The notes under the pieces: generated by a model
The model's input: the letters and a program-made list of their open reading frames with translations, nothing else
What the model was told of the DNA's origin: nothing
Databases searched by the model: none
Position numbers and translations under genes: made by a program
Source: Hyalangium minutum
Lineage (GTDB): Bacteria > Myxococcota > Myxococcia > Myxococcales > Myxococcaceae
Length of the DNA: 64,000 nt
Direction: 5' to 3'
Assembly (NCBI RefSeq): GCF_000737315.1
Contig: NZ_JMCB01000031.1
Coordinates: 20,808 to 84,807 of the forward strand
Part shown: positions 1 through 7,423 of the stretch, one piece after another
How the letters are laid out: every line of letters starts with the position of its first letter
Numbering within the stretch: position 1 is the first letter of the stretch

Positions 1-302
1 GCGCGCAAGGCCTTCGTTGAGCCGGAAGGCCGCGCCCAGCTCCTGGTGGGTGACAGCGAGCCCTTGCAGCTCCTCCAGCTCGTCATCCGTCACGCCCGCG
101 GTAGCACCCTCCGCCTTGGTGCTCGGAGGTTCCACCGCAGGTGCCAAGGCCGCCTCGGTGGCCCCTCCGCCGTCCCCGGTGAGGCTGGGGACGGCTCCGG
201 GAACCGCAGACGGCACCACACCCTCCGGCAGCCCCTCTCCCCGGCAGTAGCAGCAGTCCGGGCCGCACAACGAGCTACTGCCACCAGCCGAATCCGCGCC
301 AT
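1..302 (-). CDS. Possible partial CDS running off the left edge; start uncertain, possibly frameshifted
   Basis: The minus-strand frame ending at base 1 is open and reads ...GVTDDELEELQGLAVTHQELGAAFRLNEGLAR. An ATG at 302 (MARIRLVAV) is in a different frame. Confidence 0.3.
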
Positions 303-359
303 TTAGGGGATTTGAAGAATCTTGCCCCCGCGCACCCCCTCCAGGGTCCTCCTGCCCTC

Positions 360-1058
360 CTACAGAAGGCCCCTCTGGAACCTCCCGTTTAGGGATATTT
401 GAGCTTCCAGGGTGAGCACAGACTTCCGCAGACTGCTGCGATCTGCATGAAGGACGATGTCCGGCTTGATGGTGCGCCACAGTTCGCCCGTACAGTCCTG
501 GGCGATCAGACGCGCCTCCTCCTCCCTGCTCACCGTCTCCAGCACCTTCGCGTTGGGGTAGTAGCGGTAGCGCTGCTCGATGCTGAACGGCGCGGGCCAG
601 AGCTGCTCCAGGACTTCTTGAGCACACTGGAGGGCGACCGCATGCTTCTGCTGCCCCAGCAACATGGCCCGGGTGATGGGTCTGCCACAGCCATCCACCT
701 CCACCTCCTCACCGCACTCCTCTCGAGTCGGGGCCCGGTTGCCAAAGTACCGGGCGTTCACCTGCCGCTCCGCCAGCCGTGCGCACTCCGCCAGTTGCTC
801 CTCGAGTTCTCCCACCGCGTTGTCGCTCTCCAGCACCATGAGCAGCATCGGCACCCATTCGGCCAGCTGCGAAGCCACCACCCGACTGGCGGCAGGGGCA
901 AGGCTACCCGCCGCTCCACTTGCGGTGGCCGCATGGCGGACGCTGCTCGCGGTTTCTGTGTCGAGGCGCAGTTCCCTGCGGGTCGAGGACCGAGGGCTGC
1001 TGGCACAAGCTGCTAGCAGGGAGCTGGCAAGAAGCAGGCACGCAAGTTTTCGGAGCAC
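360..1058 (-). CDS. Myxobacterial Cys-rich lipoprotein, C-terminus possibly truncated
   Basis: GTG start at 1058 gives a lipobox LLAAC. The body (CARLAERQVN...CGEEVEVDGCGRPITRAMLLG...TIKPDIVLH) resembles a recurrent myxobacterial hypothetical family. The ORF track extends the frame to 1127. Confidence 0.6.
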   Translation of the reverse strand: MLRKLACLLLASSLLAACASSPRSSTRRELRLDTETASSVRHAATASGAAGSLAPAASRVVASQLAEWVPMLLMVLESDNAVGELEEQLAECARLAERQVNARYFGNRAPTREECGEEVEVDGCGRPITRAMLLGQQKHAVALQCAQEVLEQLWPAPFSIEQRYRYYPNAKVLETVSREEEARLIAQDCTGELWRTIKPDIVLHADRSSLRKSVLTLEAQISLNGRFQRGLL

Positions 1059-1332
1059 TCTTCGACCTAATAGAATGGTCGAGCGCTCCCGCCCCCACCG
1101 CTTCATGACGTGCTTCATCAAGCTCATGTCGTACCACCGGCTCCCTCATGTTGAGGGCGAGTTCCAAGTTGCCGTCGACGCGGTGCGTTGCGCGCTCACC
1201 CAGCAGTATCTCCGAGACCCGCACTTGGGCGGCCCTGGCGTCTTCCGCCAGGAATTTGGCGCGTCCGGCCAGGAAATCCTCGCCGAATTCTCCTACCTTC
1301 CCCATACCGACTTCCCCACGAGGACCCGTCCC

Positions 1333-1821
1333 ATGCTCAACCCCCGCCTGCAGGCCCTCTTCGACGACTACTTCTCCTCTCACCAGCACCCCATCAACCG
1401 GCTGACCCACAAGGTCGCCATCCCCGTCATCGTCCTGCACATCGTCGCCATGCTGGACTGGGTCAAGCTCTTCAGCTTCCCCGGGCTCCCCGGCGGCGAC
1501 CTTACCCTCGGCATCGTCGCGTGGCTGCTCGCCACCCTCTGGTACCTGCGCGCCGATGTGAAGCTGGGCCTCATCGTCTCCGTCGCCATGGCCCTGTGCT
1601 TCCCCCTCGGCCGCATGATGCCTGTCTGGTCCGTGGTCGCCATCGCCGTGGGCGGCTGGCTCATCCAGCTCGCTGGCCACGCCGTCTGGGAGAAGAAGTC
1701 GCCTTCCTTCCTCACCAACATGGTCCACGCCCTCATCGGGCCCATGTTCTTCGTCGCCCTCATCACCGGCGACTACGCCATCAAGTCCCAGCCGATGGAC
1801 GCCTCCGCCTCGCGGGCCTGA
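1333..1821 (+). CDS. DUF962/Mpo1-like membrane protein
   Basis: SHQHPINRLTH and GHAVWEKKSP His motifs, about 4 TM segments, 162 aa. Confidence 0.85.
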   Translation: MLNPRLQALFDDYFSSHQHPINRLTHKVAIPVIVLHIVAMLDWVKLFSFPGLPGGDLTLGIVAWLLATLWYLRADVKLGLIVSVAMALCFPLGRMMPVWSVVAIAVGGWLIQLAGHAVWEKKSPSFLTNMVHALIGPMFFVALITGDYAIKSQPMDASASRA

Positions 1822-1824
1822 GCC

Positions 1825-2376
1825 ATGCGCTTCGCTCAGAAGATGCGCTCCTGGATGCCCCTCCATGAGAACGGCGTCTGCCGCGCCGTGCACCTGCTCG
1901 GGGGCTACCTCTTCGTCTTCTCCCTCCTCGTCCCCCTGTTCTGGCTCCGCACCGAGGTAGGGGGCGTCTCGCTCACGGGCGCGCATGCACTGCTGGCCGC
2001 TGTCGCCATCGGCTCCGTGTCCCTGGAGTGGACCGCCGGGCTGATCGCCTCGCTGCTCCTGGTGCCCACGTTCGCCACCGCCGAGGCCGTCTCCCGCCTG
2101 CCCACGGGCACCGCCGCCGGCATCGCGTTCGGCGTCATGGCCTTCCGCTTCGCCATCGTCGTCGGCAGTCACGTGCTCTTCGAGAAGAAGACCCACGGCC
2201 TGTCACTCGGCGGCCCCGCCCTCTTCTTCCTGGAGCCCGTCTACCTGTTCACCCTCGGGCTGTTCGCGCTCGGCCTCAAGGGCGAGCTGCTGGCTGCGGT
2301 GGGCGCCGCTCAGGAGCCCGTCCTCTCCTCGGGGAAGACCGTGCCCGCCCCAGGCGCACGTCCCTTCAGCGAGTAG
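1825..2376 (+). CDS. Second, divergent DUF962/Mpo1-like membrane protein
   Basis: LHENGVCRAVH and SHVLFEKK occupy the same positions as in the upstream paralog; 3 bp gap. Confidence 0.7.
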   Translation: MRFAQKMRSWMPLHENGVCRAVHLLGGYLFVFSLLVPLFWLRTEVGGVSLTGAHALLAAVAIGSVSLEWTAGLIASLLLVPTFATAEAVSRLPTGTAAGIAFGVMAFRFAIVVGSHVLFEKKTHGLSLGGPALFFLEPVYLFTLGLFALGLKGELLAAVGAAQEPVLSSGKTVPAPGARPFSE

Positions 2377-3644
2377 AGCACCACCGACTCCTTCCGCCCC
2401 TTCACCTCTTCCTCGCCCACGAGCTCGCCCTGGAAGCCCGCGCCCGCGCGCTTCCAGGTGCTCGCGCTCACGAGGATGTCCACCCCCACCGCCTTCGTCA
2501 GTCCCTCGATGCGCGAGGCCACGTTCACCGCGTCACCGATGATGGTGTACTCGTGCTGCTGCGTGCCGCCGAGCATCCCCGCCGCCACCACCCCCGTGTG
2601 CAGCCCGATGCCGATGCGCAGCGGCGGCTGCCCGTGCTTCTCGCGCCACGCGTTGAGCTCCACCAGCTTCGTGCGCATGTCCAGCGCCGCTCGCATGGCC
2701 TGCTCGGCATGATCCTCGCTGTGGTCCGGCACGCCCCAGCACGCCAACATCCCATCCCCCAGGAACTTGTTCACCATCCCCTCGCGCGCCATCACGATCT
2801 GCGTCATGTGCCCGAAGTAGTCGTCCAGCAGCGCCAGCACCTGCTGCGGCGGCAGCGTCTCGCTCAGCGAGGTGAAGCCTCGAATGTCGCTGAAGAGGAT
2901 GGTCACCTCGCGCTGCACCGGGAGCAGCGCCGTCTCGCCCGACTCCATGACGCGGTTCACCACCTGGCGCGGCAGAAAGCGCGAGAGGTTCTCGCGCTGG
3001 CGCAGGTTGAGGAACATGAAGCGCACCGCGTGGTTGGTCCACCCCAGCATCATCCCCAGCGAGAGGAAGCACCCCACCACGAAGCACGACTGCATCCAGC
3101 TGAAGCTCCCTCTCAGCCAGCTCAGGAAGACATAGCCACCCGCCGTGAGCACCGTGGAGAACACCACGTGCAGCACGCTGTAGCGCACCACCGAGAAGGA
3201 CAGCACCGCCGCCGCCCCTGCCGCGTACATGCCCTCCGTGAAGCGCCCCTCCAGCACGTAGGTCCGCCACCCCATCGTCACCAGGAAAGCGACATCGATG
3301 ATCGTCGTGGGGATGGGCATCCACCGCGAGCGGTGCACGTCGGGCTTCTCCCGCAGCCAGAGGATGGCAGTCGTCACGAGGACGAAGACCAGGTAGCCCA
3401 GGATCGTCCCCCGGCGCACCCCGTCCTGCAGGACATGTTCGCCTCGCAGCTCGCGAATGCCGCCCTGGCTCAGACCCATCAGCAGGAAGAGCAGCAGGCG
3501 CACCAAGGCAACCGCCCGCTCTCCCTTCAGCGCGCCCTCGGCCAGCACCTGCGCCTGGTTGGCGCGCGCCAGCTCGAAGCGGGCCACCGTCGTCCCCGTG
3601 CCGGGCTTGCGCTTCCTCCATCTATCGATGCTGACAATGGCCAC
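2310..3644 (-). CDS. Membrane-anchored class III adenylate cyclase
   Basis: N-terminal TM helices, then LFSDIRGFT, KFLGDG and YTIIGDAVNVASRIE. The K/T specificity residues point to ATP. Confidence 0.9.
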   Translation of the reverse strand: MAIVSIDRWRKRKPGTGTTVARFELARANQAQVLAEGALKGERAVALVRLLLFLLMGLSQGGIRELRGEHVLQDGVRRGTILGYLVFVLVTTAILWLREKPDVHRSRWMPIPTTIIDVAFLVTMGWRTYVLEGRFTEGMYAAGAAAVLSFSVVRYSVLHVVFSTVLTAGGYVFLSWLRGSFSWMQSCFVVGCFLSLGMMLGWTNHAVRFMFLNLRQRENLSRFLPRQVVNRVMESGETALLPVQREVTILFSDIRGFTSLSETLPPQQVLALLDDYFGHMTQIVMAREGMVNKFLGDGMLACWGVPDHSEDHAEQAMRAALDMRTKLVELNAWREKHGQPPLRIGIGLHTGVVAAGMLGGTQQHEYTIIGDAVNVASRIEGLTKAVGVDILVSASTWKRAGAGFQGELVGEEEVKGRKESVVLYSLKGRAPGAGTVFPEERTGS

Positions 3645-3662
3645 GACGTGCCCTCAAGGAAC

Positions 3663-4670
3663 TCAGTGGAACCGCAGCTCGCCCGCCACCCGCAGCGAAC
3701 CCATGACTTCGCCGCGCGTGTTGCGCAGCACCGGCTCCTCGTGGTGCGTCAGCCCTTCTAGCGGCAACGTCAGCCCCGTCTCTGCACCGCGCTTCGCGGC
3801 CACCTGCCGCAGCACCGCCAGCAGCGCGGGCGGCGAGCACCGCCCGTCCCCATCCTCCACCTTGAGTGCCACGCCCAGCCCCAGCGCAGGGAGGGCCGCG
3901 CAGTAGACGCCCTCGGCCCCCACCTTCGCCAGCACCGTGCCCCGGCACGCCGCCATCAGCTCCGTGCACAGCCGCCCCGTGCCCGCCACCAGCTCCGGGT
4001 GAGCCCACATCGCCTCGCGCACCCGCCGCGCACCCGCCTCCTCCGAAGTGCCCAGCCGCGCGTAGGCCGTGGCCATGGCGCTCAGCGGCAGGGCGAAGCA
4101 CACCGCCGTGCACCCATCCACGCCCAGGTGCAGCCCCTCGGGCCCCAGCCCTGTCCACCGGCGCACCTCCGCGAGCAGGCGCTCCTGCACCGGGTGGCCC
4201 AAGCGCTCGTAGCCCTGCGTGGGCCAGCCGTGGTGCCTCGCCAGCGCGAGCATCCCCGAGTGCTTCCCCGAGCAGTTGCTCCACTTGGGCGTCAGCTTCA
4301 CTCCCGTGCGCGCTGCCTCCTCGGCCACCGCCGCGCTGAGCGGTGGGTGCGGCCCACATGCCAGCTGAGACTCCTCGCAGCCGCAGGCGCGCAGCATGGC
4401 CTCGGCCAGCTCGCGGTGGACGGGCTCGCTCGAGTGCGAGGCGCACGCCAGCGCCAGCTCCCGCGTCCCAAAGCCCCAGCGGTCCGCCGCCCCATCCATC
4501 ACCAGCGGCAGCGCCTGGAAGGGCTTCGCCGACGAGCGCCAGTACGTCATCCGCTCGGAGTCCCCCGCCGAAGCCACGGCCCGGCCAGACACGTCGGTGA
4601 CAACCACCGAGACCCGGTGGACGGATTCGGCGATGCCAGAGCGGGTGGACTCGATGGAGAGCGAGGACAT
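3663..4670 (-). CDS. L-asparaginase II (Rhizobium etli AnsA-type, class 3)
   Basis: RSSAKPFQA, CASHSSE, NCSGKH, DGC and AKVGAEG motifs. Confidence 0.88.
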   Translation of the reverse strand: MSSLSIESTRSGIAESVHRVSVVVTDVSGRAVASAGDSERMTYWRSSAKPFQALPLVMDGAADRWGFGTRELALACASHSSEPVHRELAEAMLRACGCEESQLACGPHPPLSAAVAEEAARTGVKLTPKWSNCSGKHSGMLALARHHGWPTQGYERLGHPVQERLLAEVRRWTGLGPEGLHLGVDGCTAVCFALPLSAMATAYARLGTSEEAGARRVREAMWAHPELVAGTGRLCTELMAACRGTVLAKVGAEGVYCAALPALGLGVALKVEDGDGRCSPPALLAVLRQVAAKRGAETGLTLPLEGLTHHEEPVLRNTRGEVMGSLRVAGELRFH

Positions 4671-4782
4671 GGACCGCACGGCCTTAGCACACAAGGATGC
4701 GTGGAGCAGACGCTGGTGGGAGCGCTGGCTTCCTGCTGAACTCGGGCCCTCACCTGCCTGCCGTCCCCGAAGGGAACTTCCC

Positions 4783-5517
4783 GTGGTCCGCCTCTTCGTC
4801 CCAGTCCCCGCGCCTGCTCCCGCCGAGGTGGTGCTCACGGGCGATCGCCGCCACTACCTGCTCCACGTCCTCCGGCTCGCCGAGGGCGCCGAGCTGGAGG
4901 TGTTCGACGGCACGGGCCGCTCCTTCGACGCGCGCGTCACCCGCGTGGAGGCCGAGGAAGTCCACCTCGCGCTGGGGCCCGTGCGCACCGCGCCTCCCCG
5001 CCGTCCCGTGAGCGTGCTGCAGGGGCTGCCCAAGGGCGACAAGCTCGAGCTCGTCCTCCAGAAGGGCACCGAGCTGGGCGCGGCCGCCTTCTACCCCGTG
5101 GCCACCGAGCGCAGCGTGGTGAAGCTGGAGCCCAAGCGCGCCGAGGAGCGCACCGCGCGGTGGACCAAGATTGTCGAGGAGGCCGCGCGCCAGTGCCGGC
5201 GCAGCGACGTGCCCCGCGTTCACACCCCCCAGCCGCTGCTGGAGGCCGCGCGTGCGCTCGCGCCCAGCACCGCGCTGCTGGTGCTGGACGAAGAGGAGAA
5301 CGCCGTCCCCCTGGGTGAAGCCTTCCGCGCCTGCGCTCCCGGAGCACCCGTGGCGCTGGTGGTGGGGCCCGAGGGAGGACTCGCGCGCGAAGAGGTGGCC
5401 GCGCTCGTCGCACTGGGTGCACGCGGTGTCACCCTGGGCTCCCTCATCCTCCGCACGGAAACCGCGGCGCTGGCGGCGCTCGCCGTGATGGCCCACCTCG
5501 ATGGAGAGCTCGGATAG
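4783..5517 (+). CDS. rsmE: 16S rRNA m3U1498 methyltransferase
   Basis: HYLLHVLRL, KGDKLELVLQKGTELG, VGPEGG and ILRTETA motifs; GTG start at 4783. Confidence 0.95.
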   Translation: MVRLFVPVPAPAPAEVVLTGDRRHYLLHVLRLAEGAELEVFDGTGRSFDARVTRVEAEEVHLALGPVRTAPPRRPVSVLQGLPKGDKLELVLQKGTELGAAAFYPVATERSVVKLEPKRAEERTARWTKIVEEAARQCRRSDVPRVHTPQPLLEAARALAPSTALLVLDEEENAVPLGEAFRACAPGAPVALVVGPEGGLAREEVAALVALGARGVTLGSLILRTETAALAALAVMAHLDGELG

Positions 5518-5629
5518 CAGCCAGGGAAGCAAGCGCCCTGCTCGTACCCAACTGCCGCTCCCTCGTCGCCATTCCTACTTTTCCTGCGTCCGGGGCCACA
5601 CACGGCCCCCGCGCAAGGAGAAACTCTTC

Positions 5630-5896
5630 ATGGGTATCATTGCCTTCATCATCATCGGTCTCATCGCCGGTCTCATCGCTCGCGCCATCCTGCCGGGCCG
5701 TCAGAGCATGGGGCTCCTGGCGACGACGCTGCTGGGTATGGTCGGCTCGCTCGTGGGTGGCCTCATCGGATCTCTCTTCGTGCGCGATGGGCGCCTTTTC
5801 GACCTGCACCCGTCGGGCCTGCTGATGTCCGTGGCCGGCGCCATCGTCGTGCTCCTCCTGGTGGGAGCCACCGGCCGGCGCCGCATCCATGCCTGA
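5630..5896 (+). CDS. GlsB/YeaQ/YmgE transglycosylase-associated membrane protein
   Basis: MGIIAFIIIGLIAGLIARAILPG...LLGMVGSLVGG pattern; AAGGAG RBS. Confidence 0.9.
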   Translation: MGIIAFIIIGLIAGLIARAILPGRQSMGLLATTLLGMVGSLVGGLIGSLFVRDGRLFDLHPSGLLMSVAGAIVVLLLVGATGRRRIHA

Positions 5897-5948
5897 GTGA
5901 GTGAATCCACACGTCCCCTATCGAACGGAGGGGGTGACGGCGTGGGGT

Positions 5949-6000
5949 GAGCCCCTGGTGGTTCCTCAACCAAGGAACCGCAGGGGCTCGCGCTTTTCTT
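5949..6000 (+). terminator. Probable intrinsic terminator
   Basis: GAGCCCCTG/CAGGGGCTC stem with an inner GGTTCCT/AGGAACC stem, followed by TTTTCTT. Confidence 0.6.
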
Positions 6001-6059
6001 GCCCAAGTCCCAGGGACGTCCTTTCATGTAGCACCTGCCGTCGCTACCTGGAGGATGCG

Positions 6060-7370
6060 TTGTCCAAGTGCCTGAAATGCGGAGCCGCCCTGCCGCCTGT
6101 GGGTGAATGCCCCACCTGCGCTGCTGCTGCCGCGAGCCAGCCCGCCGCCCCCGGCGTGCCCAGCTTGCTCAACAAGGACATCCAGATCGACCGCCGCAGC
6201 CGAACCCCGGAGAGCACCCCTGCGGTGTCCGGAGGCGCCGTCCCCAGCTTCGCGGAGCTGGAGCGCGCCCCTACGGCCTCGCCACCGGGGATGCCCGCGC
6301 GTCCGGCCGCACCGCCTCCTCCGCCACAGGCCGCAGTGCCTCCCGCCATGCGTCCGGCGCAGCGCAGCCCGACGCCCATGCCCATGCCCGCGCCGCAGGT
6401 GGCAACGCCTCGCGCCATGACGCCGCCGCAGCGGCTGCCCGTGCCCACTCCGATGGCGGCCCCGGCCAGCCCGCCGCCTCACGCGGCCCCGCGCGGTCCC
6501 ACCGGTGTCGCGCTCCCCTCGAGCGTCGCGCTGGGGGATCCAGATCAGACCCTTCCCGACACGCTGCCCGGCATGCCCGTGCCGAAGACAGTCGCCGCCC
6601 CGGCGCCCGTGGCGGCGGAGGTGCCCGCTCCGGCTGTCGCCGCTCAGACGTCCCTGGATGATCCGGACTCGACCGCGCCCGGCAACCCGCACTTCGTGGC
6701 TCCGCCGCCCGCGGAGGCTCCGGCCACCGGCTCGCTGCCCATCCCCCGCCAGCCCACGGCTCCCGCCGCGGTGGTGACCTTCGCGGCCCCGTCCCGTCTG
6801 CCGATTCCCCCGGCGGCGCCCCGCACGGCGGAGGCCTCCGCGGCCTCGGCCAAGGCCCGACCCCAGAAGTCGGGTTCCACGGGCGACGAGCTCCACGAGG
6901 TCCACGCGCGCCCCGCCTCGCTGTGGCGCCGCCTCCTGTCCTTCACCATCGACACCGCCGCCCTGGTGGGTGTGGCTTCGCTCTACATCTTCCTGGCCTC
7001 GTCCATCGCCGGGGTGAAGTCGCCGTCCTCCCAGGGTCTTACCCCGCTGGACGCCATGGCCGCCTGGATGCACGCGCTGAAATCCGTGCTCCTGCCCGGC
7101 TTCATCCTCCTCTTGGTGCTCGCGACGGTGTACTGTGCGGTGGCGGCCTTCTTGTGGAATGGCCGGACACTCGGACGGCTGTTGCTGGGGCTGCGGCTGG
7201 TGGATACCCACGGACTGGCCCCGGCTCCCTCGCGCGCCATTGTGCGGGCGTTGCTCTCTGTCGTGTCCTTTGGCCTCTTCCTCGGAGGCTTCTGGATGGC
7301 CCTGTTCGACAGACGCGGGCAGACTCTGCATGACAAGCTGACGTCCACCTTCGTCGTTCAACCCAGCTGA
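6060..7370 (+). CDS. RDD-family membrane protein with N-terminal zinc ribbon and Pro/Ala-rich linker
   Basis: TTG start after GGAGGA; CLKC...CPTC; C-terminal ASLWRRLLSFTID...GRTLGRLLLGLRLV...QTLHDKLTST. Confidence 0.85.
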   Translation: MSKCLKCGAALPPVGECPTCAAAAASQPAAPGVPSLLNKDIQIDRRSRTPESTPAVSGGAVPSFAELERAPTASPPGMPARPAAPPPPPQAAVPPAMRPAQRSPTPMPMPAPQVATPRAMTPPQRLPVPTPMAAPASPPPHAAPRGPTGVALPSSVALGDPDQTLPDTLPGMPVPKTVAAPAPVAAEVPAPAVAAQTSLDDPDSTAPGNPHFVAPPPAEAPATGSLPIPRQPTAPAAVVTFAAPSRLPIPPAAPRTAEASAASAKARPQKSGSTGDELHEVHARPASLWRRLLSFTIDTAALVGVASLYIFLASSIAGVKSPSSQGLTPLDAMAAWMHALKSVLLPGFILLLVLATVYCAVAAFLWNGRTLGRLLLGLRLVDTHGLAPAPSRAIVRALLSVVSFGLFLGGFWMALFDRRGQTLHDKLTSTFVVQPS

Positions 7371-7423
7371 TCCACCACCGCCATTGTGCCTTGCGGCCGC
7401 GGCCGTAAGATGCCGCGTCCTTC

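Noticed and set aside
302-394. TTTAGGG telomere-like heptamers
   Set aside because: Only two isolated copies, not an array; no eukaryotic signal.
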